A stretch of DNA of 55,637 nt, filler included, from Sphacelaria rigidula (GCA_964200075.2; 4 parts of 4 records of this genome joined end to end with filler, not necessarily neighbours in it), one strand, 5' to 3'. Positions 1 to 13,935 are shown, counted from the whole stretch's first letter. The notes: generated by a model from the letters alone, not told the origin. A program made the numbers and translations.

Positions 1-3000
1 AATAAAAAAAAAATGGGTGCAAAAAAAGACGGCCTTCAGTTCTTTCGATAATGTCTCGAAAAAAAAAGCTGGAACGATTTCAAGGTGTCGGCTCAACAAC
101 TTTTTTTTTTTTCTTCTTTTGCCTCCGGGCGGACTAAGAGCGACTGTGTATCTAATTCATCAGCTGTTCTGCCGACTCCACACAGAAAAAAAAAAGATTC
201 TCCGCGCGATACCAGCATCTTGCAAGCCTATCGAAGTGATGGAACAACAACTTGTGTACTATAACTGTGTTAGGGAATACGTAGTGTATCCTGTACTCTG
301 CCAATTAGATAGACTCGCAAGTAGAGAATAATGTTTTGTGAAGCGCGTTCCAGAAGATAGGATTGTTCGAGAAAGAGACTTCGAGAATAGTCGGGTGATA
401 GTGCGGGTAATTTCCATAGCGCTTTCTCGACTTCGAGAGATACGAAGAGCTGGACAGGGAGATGAGCCCCTCCCCCCCCCCTTCTCCGCTCACTTCCTTC
501 CAACTTCCCTCTGACGGGCAAATTATTGCCGTCCACGTCTACTCCTCGGTAGATCGTAGTATGCCGAGTACATATATCCTTGCATAAGCTAGAGATTGAA
601 AGTGACTGGGGATCATCAAGTTACTTCGATATGAATAATAAAACGATTCAACCATCATCATCGGGACACGCTCGGCTGCTGTCTGAGTTATCGATTACTC
701 CAGCGTCCGAGACTGGGAAGCCGTGTTCCACATTCGTGAACCACCACAGCTACTTCAACAAACTGTGCAATACCTCAATAGGAAATAATACCACACGTCG
801 ACAACAATCCCCGGGGAGCGTGTACTAGCCCGCAGGAGGCCATGCAATATGTCTGTTATTTTGATGGGTTGCTTCTAGAGATGTTCAAGTCCGCCCTATT
901 ATGTCTGCCTTTGCCCCTCAACATACCCAAGGGCGTCTCAATGCCCAGATGCCATACCATGGAAGTCGAATCCCTACGTCAAGCTCTGGTGTGCAGTACC
1001 ACCCCCTCAAGTCTGGACGCGACTCTTTCCTCAATATATCGGCGGCAGCACCAAAGGCAAAACACGTTTAATGAAGGACGTATTCCTTCGTGTCACCAAG
1101 TGCATGAGCTGGGCGCAAATGGTCTCTGATGATAAGGGCTCTTCGTGCCTCGCGAGGTACTACACGCGTACTAGTGCAGCGTCTCAGAAGGTCAGAATGG
1201 AAGAGGGCTCAATGCCAGACCGCCACCCAACGAGATAAAGGTGCTTCTACAAAGTGGTTCCTTGTGTCAAGGTGGCACAGGTCCCTTGTGCCACCATTGA
1301 TCATCCCACCAACCCAACCTAACCCAACCCTCACGCTAAAACCCCACCCGTGACCTGAACCCTAACTCTAACCCTCAACCCCAACAGAGCGTGGACCATG
1401 AACCTCGGGTACGAGGCGGCATACCACAGTAGATAGATATCACAATGCCACGAGAAATATATGGTATCATCATGACGTCAATATGACGTCATCACGTCGA
1501 GACTTTCTTCTTCCGGAGCCAATGACATGTGTACGTCATTTTCATGTCAACCATACTTCTGGCCGGTTCTGTCAGGCATGCTGGAATGGAAATTGTTTTC
1601 GACTGGGTAAAATCCGCGCTTTGGTAGCAGCTACTTCGGCGACATCGTACCCAAAAAATGTTCTCCTTCATTATTTTCTTTATAGAACCACCCGAACTTG
1701 TTGTGCCACCAAATATAGGTCGCAGCCCCAGCGCATGCCGGCTTGGGTGGTCGCGCCTGTACGAAGGTTGTGTCTTGAACCCAGAAATGTTTACCATCAT
1801 TGATCGTATTTTCTAGATTTCGTTTTTCTAATGCCATCGAAAGGATTGCTAGTTGCTACCTTCCACCGTGCGAAAAATCGAGCGGACAGATCAGCGGGAA
1901 CATGACTGGTACCGTTGCGGTATTGTAGCGACCAAGCGATGCGACTGGGAAGCTGACGCTGGGATATACACAGCGCTACACGAACGCCGAGGGAGCTTTA
2001 GTGCTCGCGACGCAAAACGTACATCACACTGAAATATAGCTCTTCTTGACTGATTGAGCAGGGTGTACATTTTTCGAGTTTGGATCCAATAATCACTGTA
2101 GGAGAACCCATTTTTTTAGTCGCCATGGCACAAATAAAACGATCCAAACGTCGGGTAGTAAATATCCGTTTTTCCACGATAAATTTCGCGAGTCTTGGTG
2201 TTGGTCATCCCCCGACCGAGGTCGAGTCTCACGGCAAGTGACCGGGAACTGGGGAAGTTATGTTTGATTACTTTGGGGAAGCATGAGATGGGATTTCACA
2301 CAACATCGGGACCAATTGTACGGGATTTCGGTCGTGTGATCGTGACATGGTTGCGTGTGTTGAACACACCGCGGGTGCATTAAAACCGTTCCACCAGAAA
2401 AACAGTCCAGTGATTCAAAAACTCACCCCGCCATTGCGTTTGATGGTCGTGACTAGGCATGCATATCCGACAGCTCGACAGGCACGACAACATCCTGGTC
2501 AAATTCAGCAAGGCTTGAAGGATATCCAGACCTACTAGTGTTGTGTATCGCAAACGTTGACATGTCCTTATCAGGAGTATATTAGAGGCATCTCACACTC
2601 GAGGTGCCCGGTATACTCAACAATTAATTACAGTGAAATATGCCGGGAACCTCGAGTTTTAAGATACCTCTCATGATATGATATAATATATCACGTCATC
2701 GTCGAATTTTTGGGGTCACATTGATATCTCATATCATATCAACATCACGACATATATCACGATATGAAAGGTATATTTGGGGTGATATGATAGCTAGGAG
2801 GGTACCGGCCGCTATCCGAGCGAAATATGAAACTTTTTTCAACGTATCACACCCACATACCCGAATATTTCCAAGACTCAAGAACAATATGCGCTCAATG
2901 TGTGATACATCATGAACACACCACAACATCCTCCACCCCCCGCCCCGCATCCACACCCCACCGGGCACCCCCATCATGAGCGACGATACTCGGTTGAAGG

Positions 3001-4269
3001 CCATCTCCCAGGTGTCTGATGAGGCTCGTGAGGCCGCTTGTTTTAGTCGGATAACAGGCTCTCGGAGAAATACCTTTTTAGAGCTGTTCATCGCAGATTT
3101 TCGGCGGAATACGGACCTTGGCGGATTGGACCTGATCTCAAAGATTTGCTGTCCTTCCCAATAGGATCTACTACAGGATGCTTCTACGATATTTCGTGCG
3201 TCCAGAGTGACTTTTGACCATATTTCCAATTCTTGAAGCAGCCCCCAAAATCTTGCAAGTTCTCGAGGGAAAAGTACGCGCTTTTCCCCGAAAACTCGCA
3301 GGTTTTCGGGGCTGCTGAAAAAAAATCGGGAAATATGCCAAAAGTACAGTAATACTAGTGCACGAAAGATGGGGGGAAAGCGCTAGAATCCTCTTGGAAA
3401 TCATAGCAAATCTTTCCCAGGAGGCCCAGTCCGCCGAGGCTCGCACTCCGTCAAAAATCTGCAATGAAACGCTCAAAAAGTACCTTTCTCCGGGAGTCCG
3501 TTTTCCGTCTATAAGAAGCGGCCTGATGACTCCAACAAGGCGACTCGGTATATTCGGGGGGTTGCTGCTGATTGCAAGTCGTCGGGATTGTCGGATTGTC
3601 TTTCTGTCGCTTGGAGCTTGGAGCACTCGTATCATATGCTGCACTCGTATCATGTGCCGTCGGTGGCGTGTGTGCCGTTCGAGGTGTGTTTGTGATTTCA
3701 TGTGATGCTGCTGCCTGCGCGAAGTTTAGCGCAACGTCGCATATCGTGGGTTGTCATTTTTGTACACATTTCGAAGCAGGTGTGTCACCATGGTTGTTAC
3801 GCGGGCTTATATTCTCGGCTTATTGGGGGTAGGGGGTGGCCCTGGGCTACAGCGAGGGAGATGATGATCGTGTTGGGGTGCGAGCGAGGCAATACATTTT
3901 TTGTTATATTCTGGAGATAGAGTTGGGATGTCTGGCGTTCGGTTGTGGTGGACGGGATGGAATGTTCGAGTATTCGGGTCAATAGATCCATGGGGTGCAA
4001 TGTTTCCTCTTGTCGTTCTGGGGGGGGTTGGACAAGGGGAAGGAAATACAATAAAAGACTCTATGATAGTGAACGAATTTTGTTCAGGGGTCACAACGCT
4101 GGGCGCTCGGCAACAACCTCAGCGCCTCGCGCAGGTGGGCACTAGGCGCTGCGGACGATGCAATTTATTACAAAACAGTGTATTTGTGCGCCTGAAAGCG
4201 TGCGATGTCAACATGTATCACGTGATATACCAAGGTATTTCATGGCATTCCGATATGCGTGTGTTGTCA

Positions 4270-4340
4270 ACCCATCTATTCAGGACACCAGTCTACACCT
4301 TCCGGTACATATATGTGGGTGCATAAGTCGGGGTCACACG
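4270..4340 (-). mobile_element. 3' tail fragment of the SINE/LINE family also seen at 51479-51844
   Basis: The reverse complement (gtgtgaccccgacttatgcacccacatat...ggtgtagactggtgtcctgaatag) matches 51757-51820. Confidence 0.65.
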
Positions 4341-5429
4341 CCCCACGCATATGCCCCATATATTTCGGATGTACCAACATCACAAAATTGATGTTATGAT
4401 CATAACGAAGTATCAGCTAGTCTTTGGAAATGGGGGGTATACAGGCTGGTTCACGCTTATCCAACTAAAAACGCTCATCGGCAACACGCGGCGCCGTTTT
4501 TAGAGGTTAGACCCTGAAATTTCGCGCAAATATGCTGTAGGTCATTACACAACTTTCTAAGGTCGACCTTCCTTCACTCTTTATTTGTACTTTTTTCGTC
4601 ATTGTTCGGGGGTCCCAGGTTCTTCGGGGAAACTTGGATCCTCTCGGATCCCCCGAAAAATAGTAGAAAAAAAATGAAGAAGTCTCGTTTATTCAAACTT
4701 GCGTAGTGACCCATGGCACATTTGCGCGAAAATTCGGCATCTAACTCCTACTAGCGGCGTGAAGTTTTGCGCGTTTGTGCGATGAAGTTTTCCGTGCCAC
4801 GGTGAAACCGCTAACTGCTTTAATTTACTCCCTCTGGGCGGATTTATAAGCAAGGTTCGGAAAAACGGAATATAAGCAAGGTTGGTATGATAAGACCCAA
4901 AACGGGTCGTCTGGTCACTGTGGGACATCGAACAACATTTGTGTACGATCAGGTACCACATTTGAAAAAAAAGAAATCGATAAGGTTGGGGGGGGGGGGA
5001 TGTGCGTAAAAATCCCCTGGTCAGTCATTTCGGTGGAGATCCAGCTTTTTTGTACCCAGCGACGGATAAACAAGCCCCGTCACAGGTTTCACAACCCTGA
5101 ATACACCGTATGAATGGGGCACGACATTTGATGCAAAAAAATAAAGAGTCCCCTCTCGAAAAGGGGGGGATATTTCACTATCATCCCCGGTTTGGGGAAC
5201 CGTAGACCTAAGCTTGACCCACTTCCCCCTCCCGCCACCAGCTGGTTCCACGCAGTAGTCGCCCGGTCTACAGAGCAGCCGATTTTCTACAACTCAGTCA
5301 ACCCTTCGACGCAGCAGCCACCCCCCTACACAGCATACGACCTTCTACGGTGCAGTAGTCACCTCTTGCCCCGCCGAACTCGCCCCATACGCAGCAGCCA
5401 CTGCCTCTACGCCGCCCTAACCCCATGCT

Positions 5430-6021
5430 ACACGGCAGCCGCCCCCGCTGCCGCCGCTCCTTGTCCCTCTGCCGCCGCGAGTGCCGCCGTTCCTTTCGTC
5501 CACGGAAATAGGGAAACGCCAGGGGATCTTGGTCCCAGCGCGTGCCCGAGCGTCATTCCTTGGGTGTGGCAGTTTGTAGGTGTCGTCTCCACCTTCCTTA
5601 GGTGTGGCGCGTTCGAGTGCGCTCTCAATCCAAACGCCTTGAGGTTATCCCGGGGCGTAGTCCTAGAAACCCCGAGCGCCGCAGCCTAGCGGCGCTGTGT
5701 GGTACGCTCGTTCAGTGGGATGTCACGCAGACGGGTACGCAGCTCTTTGATTCCGATCCCCTTCCTACCACTTTTCCCCTTGCGTCCGGATTGCAGGTTA
5801 GGATGGGCGACACCTGCTGCGGTCTCCTCCTCGTATTTCAACCACACTCTCTTGACTGTCTCCCAGTGGCAGCCGAACTCCGCCGCGGTGTTCTTGTACG
5901 CACCACGCTTCAGAACCCCATCGACGCTGCGCGTCAATAGGTACCGTATTACTTCTTCTCTCGATGAATCATCCAAATTCTTGCGTTTTTGCCCCTGAGA
6001 GGCGTTCTCAGCGGCAGACAT
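5430..6021 (-). pseudogene. Mariner-type transposase relic (HTH N-terminus joined to C-terminus, catalytic DDD core missing)
   Basis: N-terminal part reads GAYKNTAAEFGCHWETVKRVW...SGRKGKSGRK...DIPLNERTTQRR*AAALGVSRTT...LRAHSNA. At about 5610 it switches frame to KEGGDDTYKLPH, the GGxNxYxLPH-type C-terminal motif of these transposases. Confidence 0.8.
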
Positions 6022-6909
6022 GTCTCACCAGCAGATGGGAAGGCTTTTGGGCGTTGGTCCAAAGTTGGGGTGGTGATTTGCAGCAACTTCTGCTGGGGTG
6101 TGGTGAACTTTCTCGGTGCGACCTCAAAAAGACAGCGGTTCTGTGCATTCAGCATCGGCGGTCCAAAAACAACACTAAAAGCGGTTCGGAAAAAGACCTT
6201 CATATGCCCGAGGTAGACCGCTTTCGGTCCGAACCTTGCTTATTAATCCGCCCAGAGGTAGTAGTATGAAAATGACGTTTTTGGGCCTTCTTTGACATGA
6301 ACATGAACATTCAAGCATCGTTGATTGAGTTTGGCCACGAAACTTTGAGGGGCCCTTCCTTGGGATATGCGGCGACGAGTCGTTCGCGAAATGAGGAGAG
6401 ATAATCGTGATGACGAATTTCCAGGGTCCCAGAATGGAGACTACCTCGGAAAAACGACTTGGATCCCATCGGACCCCCGAAAAACGGTGCAAAAAGTCAA
6501 CAAGTGAAAAAAATCATCGATCGAAAGGTTCGTAATGATCCATAGTACACTTGTGCAAATTTTCCTTGTCTAACTCCTCATAACGGCGGGAAGGTTTGGG
6601 CGTTTGGACGAGGACGTGAGCTTGAAGCATGCGAACTCCGAACCACATGGTTTCAGAATGAAAACGTATTTTTTGGGTGAATTAGACGTCAAGGCAAAAA
6701 ATATATATGAAGTTTTCGAGTTTCTCAACCAAACTTTGTACGTATGTTCCTTGGACTGTCCCGGGACGCATGATTCATCATTTTATTCTTTTTCTTCTGG
6801 GGCATACTCTATCGGCTTCCGGGGTCGTCACGCTGGAACCCGTGGAAGCCGGTAGAGAACGGGGAAAAACTTTGAAATGCTGTCAAAAATACAACTTCTC
6901 CATTTGGAC

Positions 6910-7450
6910 CAGGGGGCAGCGTAAAAAACAAATCCGGGCATGTAGGCTCCTAGATCGAAAAATTGAAGAATTGAGTTTTTGAGAGGGGGGGGGGGGAGGC
7001 GGCGGGGGGGGCAGCCGTCTGTCCCCTGGTTTTATTGCCGAAGCGTTGGCGGTCGACGAGATGCCATCCGGCATCTGAGGCCATCGGGACAGAGCGGGCA
7101 AGGAGCAGAAGCAAATATAATAACTCGCAGAGCTAAAAAAAACGGGAAATTTTTCCAAAAAATGCCATCCGGCATAGGAGGTCATCGGGACAGAGCGGGT
7201 AAGGAGTAGAAGCAGATATACGAACCCCGCAAAGCCCACCAGACTTCTCGGTTTTTGTCAGTGTTTATCGATCAATCTCTTGCGACAAAATCAACAGAAA
7301 ATAATCGAAAAAGTCCTTATTGATCGATTCCTTGTGACAAAGTTAACAAAAATAAAATAATATAAAATAAATCATGACAACTTTCTCCGCGCTGTCCTCC
7401 GGCGGGGCGGGGGTACATCGGCCCGAAATTTTTCTCCGCGCTGCCCCCTG
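6910..7450. mobile_element. hAT-like MITE nested in the mariner element
   Basis: TIRs CAGGGGGCAGCG (6910) and CGCTGCCCCCTG (ending 7450). TTTGGA occurs in both flanks as a degenerate TSD. Confidence 0.6.
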
Positions 7451-8717
7451 TTTGGAGCATCAATACCTATGGAACTGTCATGTTTGAGGGCGAACTGAGC
7501 TCTTCTACAACAGTTCTAAGGGAAACCGTCACGAGGCTGGTCTTCCCTGCGGATTATCAGTGGAAATTAGAGGAAGCGAAATCCCTACATCACCGAAATA
7601 TCATGGTTCCGGGTATTGTAAGTCGACCCCGTAGTAAACGTTTTCAAATATGTTTTCCCCGTTAGATTCCCGAGCTGATGGCGTGTACTACGATTTGAGG
7701 TATGTGAAAATTGGGTGAAAATTGGGCTTTGAATTTGTAATTTAGATCTCTGAACAATTTGAAGGGCGCGATGATCGGTCGAGGTGTCTTTTCGGCCTGA
7801 GCGCTACCAGTATGGCCTAAAACCTCGGACACAAATCCGGATATGTCGCGCTCTTCAGCTGTCCATGATGATGGTCGGTATGATATAGTGTGTGCGACTT
7901 TTGGGTGGGTATTGCGAAAGGCGTTTGCTGATGACACCATTTTGGGTGATAGGCGTGAACCAGCCAGTGCGAGCATACCACAATCATATACCCCAGGTGG
8001 TATACCGCTCTTCCCTTTTTGAGGTACACAACGCTAATACCTACACGCCGATGCCAAGAGGTTTGTTCCACTTCCCGAGGAGTCATAATTTGTGCCCAAA
8101 AACGAATGGGACTAAATAAGTAGATAAAACATACCGTTTTTTTGCTGGTAAACACAGCCGTGAGCGTGACCCGTTTCGACACGTAACTCGAACTCGACAA
8201 TCGCGATACCGCTTTCGGCGAGCCTGGGTTGTTCATCCGAAGGGTCACTACAGTACACGTTGACGATACGTGCGCTCGCGCGAGCCGCGTCCCCTTTCCG
8301 CTTCAACACTCAGTCCCCCATCCAACTGCGGTCGCGATGCCGGCCCAGGAGTCAAGGCTGTATGTAATCGTCAACACCGCGCGTCATTGCAGCCACCACG
8401 CGCATCCTAAATACCCATGCCCTCGATTTAGACGTGGGGGATGCGAACTTGGGAAAATTTCAGGTTGAGATCACCTGAATTTCTCGGAATAGAAAGAAAA
8501 CAAGTCATAATCTGACATGTTACGGTTCGAGCGGATCACCGTTCAGTGAAGAGTCGGAAAGGCGATCTCACATCGGGTGATCCGGGCGAAACGGGACAAT
8601 TTTAACCCACATCACTTGCCAGAACAGTGGGTCTGAATCGATTTCCGAGGACTACAGCTCCTGCTATGTAGCTGAGAGAAGACCATCGTTAGATCGAATG
8701 TAGCAGCTGTACAGTAC

Positions 8718-11700
8718 TTATGGGTGCCATCAATACACAGATAGATGCCGGCAAGGGCGGCTGTACGCCGCGGAACCTCCACATTTTCATGGGCCCTTGA
8801 AATGTCCAACTAATAATCGTGAGAACTGCAGCTTGGCTGTAGCACCCTCGCGATCGTTCGATCTGTTTTTGTTGGTCATTTTTTTGCGTATCCATCACAA
8901 ATATCCAATACAAAGGAAGAACTCACTCGATTGAGATCTCACTATTCTTGCGAAAATCGAGAATGTCGCGGCCTCAGGTTCGAATCCTCACTATCCAAAA
9001 AAACGCAAGATAGGAGGTACGAGCCAATATGCTCCTGGCACCCACTGAAGATGGGATATCAAAGGAAAGCCCACGTAAAAAACGGTGGAGGACGAAGAAG
9101 GCTCGGGGAAACATTCGCGAGGAAACTGGCGTGAACGCCGGGTATTAAGCGCCATATACAGCAAGTTTGACAGCCGAGGATACTGCGCCAAACCTGCATA
9201 CCAGTAGCACGGAGCACTAGGAGGCCCTACCCACTTCGATTGGGTTAGAGGAGTACAGTACTACATACGGGGGGATATACTTTTTGCAAGTAGTTTGATA
9301 CGAGTAAAACGGGTTTTAAGTGTCAGAAAGCACCACTGGTCCGAGAGGAGACGTTGCGGGCAAAAAAATCGAAAGTTTCTATCTGCCCATCTGTCGTTGT
9401 AAAGAAAGGAGCGTCGGTCGCCCTCCGAAGCTATGAGTAGTCTATTCATCAATGGAGTAGTGTTGAAACGGAATGTGGAAGAAACATCACGATGTGCTGG
9501 CGCACAGTCAGTACTCGTACGAGTACAACAGTGGAGGTATAGAGCGGCTTTTTGATCCGTCTAAAATTTACGTACCAGTAGTATAGTGGCAGAGGAAGTT
9601 CCTGGCCTCGTCAGTGAGAGGTGATCCGTGCGGTCTACAATACATTGTACTTTAGACTGCACCATGAAACTATGTATCCTATCTGTGCACAGCGGATTTT
9701 CTTCACTTGTTTTCTCCCGGGCCAAACACGCGTCAAAAATTGGCAGACATGAGTTAGTTGTTCGTGGTTCGGTATGCTCTGTTCTCTGTCCTCTGCCCTG
9801 CTGTATCAAAGAAGTTCATCATAACATGTATGGTATGAACTAGCGCACATGATCTCACCGCAGAACACCCTAGCACCAACCAGCATCCAAAGCACGCCCA
9901 TCGCAGCAACGTCAGCATGGCTGTGCGCCGCTGCCTTCATATCACTCTCAGGCTGACGAGAATCCATGATGCTTTTTTTCGTGTTTTTTCACCTTCACAC
10001 TCGATATATATATTTCCTAGAAACCCATGATTGTTGGATGCATCGACTCCCTTATTCTTGTTGTCCAAAAATAAAACTATTATTTATTGCCCATCATGTT
10101 GGGTCCAAATCGTTGTACGCTCAGTTTTATACGTCGCCAGTGCCTACTGAGATGCTGAGACAGCGTGCATCACAACTTCACGAGAAAGCGCCACTTGCAA
10201 GGATGTTCATGATATACAAGATGTTCAGGCACGCAGGGGCGAAAACACGTACTAAGTCGTAATATTTCTTGATCCTGTGTTTGAAATAGTTAATAGTTTA
10301 CAGTTTACCCAATAATGTTTTACCCGCAGTATTTCTTGGACAACAGATAAACGAACTCTCAAGACGTACCACATGGAGGGCATAGATACAATGTTAATAG
10401 TAATATATTAATATACCTAATCGATGACCTGTGAAAATTCAAAAGTATTGAATAGACACACTCACTGTATCTGGCGAGGGAAGCAAATTGCAATCATCAT
10501 GACAATATCCTCCGACGGCATGACCAAGGTGGACCACGGAGCGACATCAAAGTAATGGCGTGGTGAGTGGGCAGCAGAAAGCCGCCTGGCAGTAGATATG
10601 ATAGCATCATTAATCTTAAGAGTATGCATGCGGGGTCACCTCGTTTTCCTCCTTCTTTTGTTTTTGATTGCTATCGCTCTCTTATTTTCCTGCCTGATAT
10701 GTACGCGGGGATATTGCAGTTAATCTCCCTTTCTCCTGGTCCCCTCCCCTCCCCCTCCCCGCCATTTGCTGGCATCCTGCTGCTTGGATTTTTTTCTCTT
10801 ATTCGAGTTTTTTTATATAATTATTGATGCTGCGCCGCATTTGACTTGGGAGAGTACCATTTATCTGCAGTTCGCCAATGCAGAAACACCCCGCACCGGA
10901 TCGCTAGTGTTGTATATTGCTGTAGATATTTACTCGATACTGTACGCAGTACGCGCATTCTTTTTTGCCAATGTAATGTGCTGGCCAGTGTGAAACTCAG
11001 TCGCGGGTCTGAGATATAAAGTCAATCACGACAGTTAAAAAACGGTATTATTCCAATCAAAAGTGCGAACTGAGATGCGGGGGGCAGAAGCCAAGAAGCG
11101 CCCGTCTGTCTCCATGGCGATGGCGTCTCAAGATGAAATAGGCGCTAAGGACGTTCTGTGCTATGGATTCAATCAGGTCAGTGACAGATGAGATCAAAAT
11201 ACATCGTTGCAGATTGTGGAGAAGCAAAACACTCGGGAAAACACAACGTACAACCAGAACTTGAGCAAGTGCAATGTTACAGTCAGTTCAGACGCACAGA
11301 CAGTATATGCAGACGGTGCAGTGCAACAGTACAGGGTACAGTTCTCAAGAGGTGAGAAGCGAGAAGTGCTACTACAGACATGAACAACGTCCAATGCGGC
11401 TGGCCTTTTTGGACAGTCTATGAGTGCAATTTCCCCATGCTGACCCTTGTGTCTATCCGGTAGCAGTGGCAGCGCTCCATAAAGCCCGGCACGATAAAAT
11501 GAACAGAGAAGAGGGTACCTTATTGAAAACGCGCGAGTTACCAATACAGTAGTTCTGGGAATCAGTACAACCCGAACGACTGCCCCGTGCTCCCCATGGC
11601 CCTTGAAACCCAGCAATGGTCGTCCGTTATGAAGAGTGACGATGAAGAAGGTGCCGAGACTGCTAGATTGTATTGTATTATACCGCAGTTTACAAAAAAG

Positions 11701-11803
11701 TATGCCCTGAACAACTTACCCTGAATAAGCACAAATAACCCCAGGTCATTGCGGGCGAAGAAATAACCCCGCCACCCGCCACTCGCCACCTTGGCCTCCT
11801 TGG
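8718..11803 (-). pseudogene. Spliced Zisupton-like (KDZ class) transposase relic
   Basis: Four phase-compatible AG/GT-bounded exons (9859-9952, 9576-9682, 9269-9430, 8718-8809) join to ...KVQCIVDRTDHLSLTRPGTSSATILL...SNYLQKVYPPLDISRAHENVEVPRRTAALAGIYLCIDGTHK, with one in-frame TGA. The ending resembles the Zisupton region up to the first catalytic Asp (G-x-x-L-x-x-D-x-T-x-K). Weaker upstream exon candidates lie near 10.1-10.6 kb and 11.72-11.80 kb. Confidence 0.6.
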
Positions 11804-12015
11804 CTGTGGTCAAGTACCGGTGTTGTTGTCACTGGAGGACAGGTGATGACTGACCTACACCTTGATTTGCTACTTTCGTGTTTCAACGTTCACCCTTGCG
11901 TTGAACCTCCTTGGGAGGTGGAGTCGCGTGAAAATGAAGTAACGTGGTGTAGGTCAGATGGTGTTTTTATCACGTTACTGTACTCGGGAGAGGAAATGAG
12001 CGAGGGGAGGAGGGC

Positions 12016-12600
12016 CGGGGGAGTCTACTCATGATCATGCATGTCATAGTCATATGACCTTTAACCTTGCATCCCTACAAAGCCGGGATGGAGAACGCTG
12101 GGTTTTCGCCGGACCAGGCTCGAACTCAGTCAACAAGCGCTAAGCGGCGTTGTGTTTTCGGCGAGTCGCATGAAGGGTGAGCTGCATCCTGCCAGGATTG
12201 TTCGGCCCGAAGCGGACTGATGATCTTGCATTTGAATCACATTCTCCAATGAGTTGCTTCATTTTCTGGTGTCACTTCCAGAAACAGCCACGGCTTTCAC
12301 TCTGCCTCGTGGGTGTCTCACCATTTGAACATTACATAGTACGATCATCCCCATCGTGCGGAGTTGAGGTTCTCCCACGCCGCACAACAAAATCTAACTC
12401 ACTACCATTACGGTTACCGCAAACAAAAACGCAAGCGCGAAAAAATAAGGGGTAAGCTGGTTGCCCAGCTTACGCGGTGAGTGGCTAGTTTTATAGCGTC
12501 ATGGCCAACCGACGCCAACCCCGTCGGGGATCCGCCCCTACAATGCCGGAACGGAGCACGCCGGGCTCCCGCCGGACCAGGCTGATAGACGAGGGGGGGG
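12016..12600 (+). repeat. Dispersed ~580-bp repeat with internal ~48-bp direct repeats; homologous to 37950-38540 (-)
   Basis: Collinear similarity along its length with the reverse complement of 37950-38540. The unit cctacaaagccgggatggagaacgctgggttttcgccggaccaggct occurs at about 12073-12120 and again, diverged, at about 12536-12582. Confidence 0.8.
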
Positions 12601-13835
12601 GTGAATGACAACAACAAACTCGTATCGATCAAGGATTGGGATGTTTGGCCTCTTGGGCGCTATCCTCCCTCCGATAGATCTGAGTATCCATTGTTCGAGT
12701 ACCTCGACAGATTGGAAGTCGTTTTCAAGCTCGTCCAGTAGCTTTGTGCCTAAATATGGCGATGCGATTTCGACAACATGTACTAGTATAATTAATCGCT
12801 CGCTCGCGGCTCTGAACGATGAGTGCAAAATCCCGTGGATGCATCCCCTGCACGTCTTGTCCTCTGTGATCACATGGCTCTGACGGAGTGTTATCCTCAC
12901 TGTGAAAAAAACAGCAAGGTTGGGTAGACACGGCAGGTGATCCCATTGACGGGGTGTTGTATCCAGTGGTCACAAACGCCCTGGGGGGTGTTGTCCTCCG
13001 CGATTGAACAAGTCGGGGAGTGCTGTCCTCAGTATGAAGAACAAATGTGGGTTAGGATGTGAAATATTCCGCAATCACCAATTCTGTCAGTAGGCGTTAT
13101 CCCCCGCGATCGAACAGGTGCTGGGTGTTGGAAACCACGTAAAACCCGAAATATTATCCGCGTGGTAGTCCTCGTGAGAGGCGACGAGCTCGTCCGCTGT
13201 GGCGTCCGGGCTACCGGCGTTAAGGACCAGGCGATGATGCTGTTCCGAATAGACACCTAGCGCCCGAAGGATCAACACAGGAAGTGCGATTTCTACACAG
13301 TTACGGCAGTCCAAAGACCAACACTGGGAAAAACTATTTTGGTAGGGCCCCAGGGAAAAGGAGTGGTTCCCTTTTGGGATATGATCTAGTGAGTCACCAG
13401 AACATTTCACATCTGTAGCGATAGAAAGCCGTGCCTTTTCGGGCCAAGTCGGTGTTTGCTTGCTTACGCTAAGCAGAGATGCCCCGCTGATTTCCACCCC
13501 TCCTGCAGTTCGTTCATCATTCCAGCCCATCGCTGACATGATCCGCTTTCTCTCTTTACGGTACTTTTGGTCGACGCTACGTCACATATATGATGATATA
13601 AAATATACTTTATTGGCTGTAAATGCATTTTCCCTCTGCTGTTTGTTCATCATCCCAGCCCATCGCCGACACTATACGCTCTGTCAGTCCTTGACGGTGT
13701 CTCAGTCGATGCTTCGTCTCACGCACAAAATAAATAAATACCAGGAGTGATGCTACGGTGGGGATACAGAAATAATTTATGAGATTAGAATTGTTAGGAG
13801 CCCCTCATCTCATCCAAAACACGACTTATGAAAAT

Positions 13836-13935
13836 NNNNNNNNNNNNNNNNNNNNNNNNNNNNNNNNNNNNNNNNNNNNTTAATTAATTAANNNNNNNNN
13901 NNNNNNNNNNNNNNNNNNNNNNNNNNNNNNNNNNN
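13836..13935. other. Artificial contig-joining linker
   Basis: N44-TTAATTAATTAA-N44, which gives stops in all six frames. Confidence 0.98.

Larger units (their letters stand above)
4442..7967 (-). mobile_element. Tc1/mariner-family DNA transposon (plant/oomycete DD39D-like), internally deleted and non-autonomous
   Basis: Imperfect TIRs: TA|CAGGCTGGTTCACGCTTATC at 4442 and GATAGGCGTGAACCAGCCAG ending 7967. Encloses a transposase relic and a diverged internal direct repeat (about 4620-4800 vs 6420-6620). Confidence 0.7.

Noticed and set aside
1310-1385. Telomere
   Set aside because: Only a short, degenerate, interstitial CCCTAA-like run inside repeat-like DNA.
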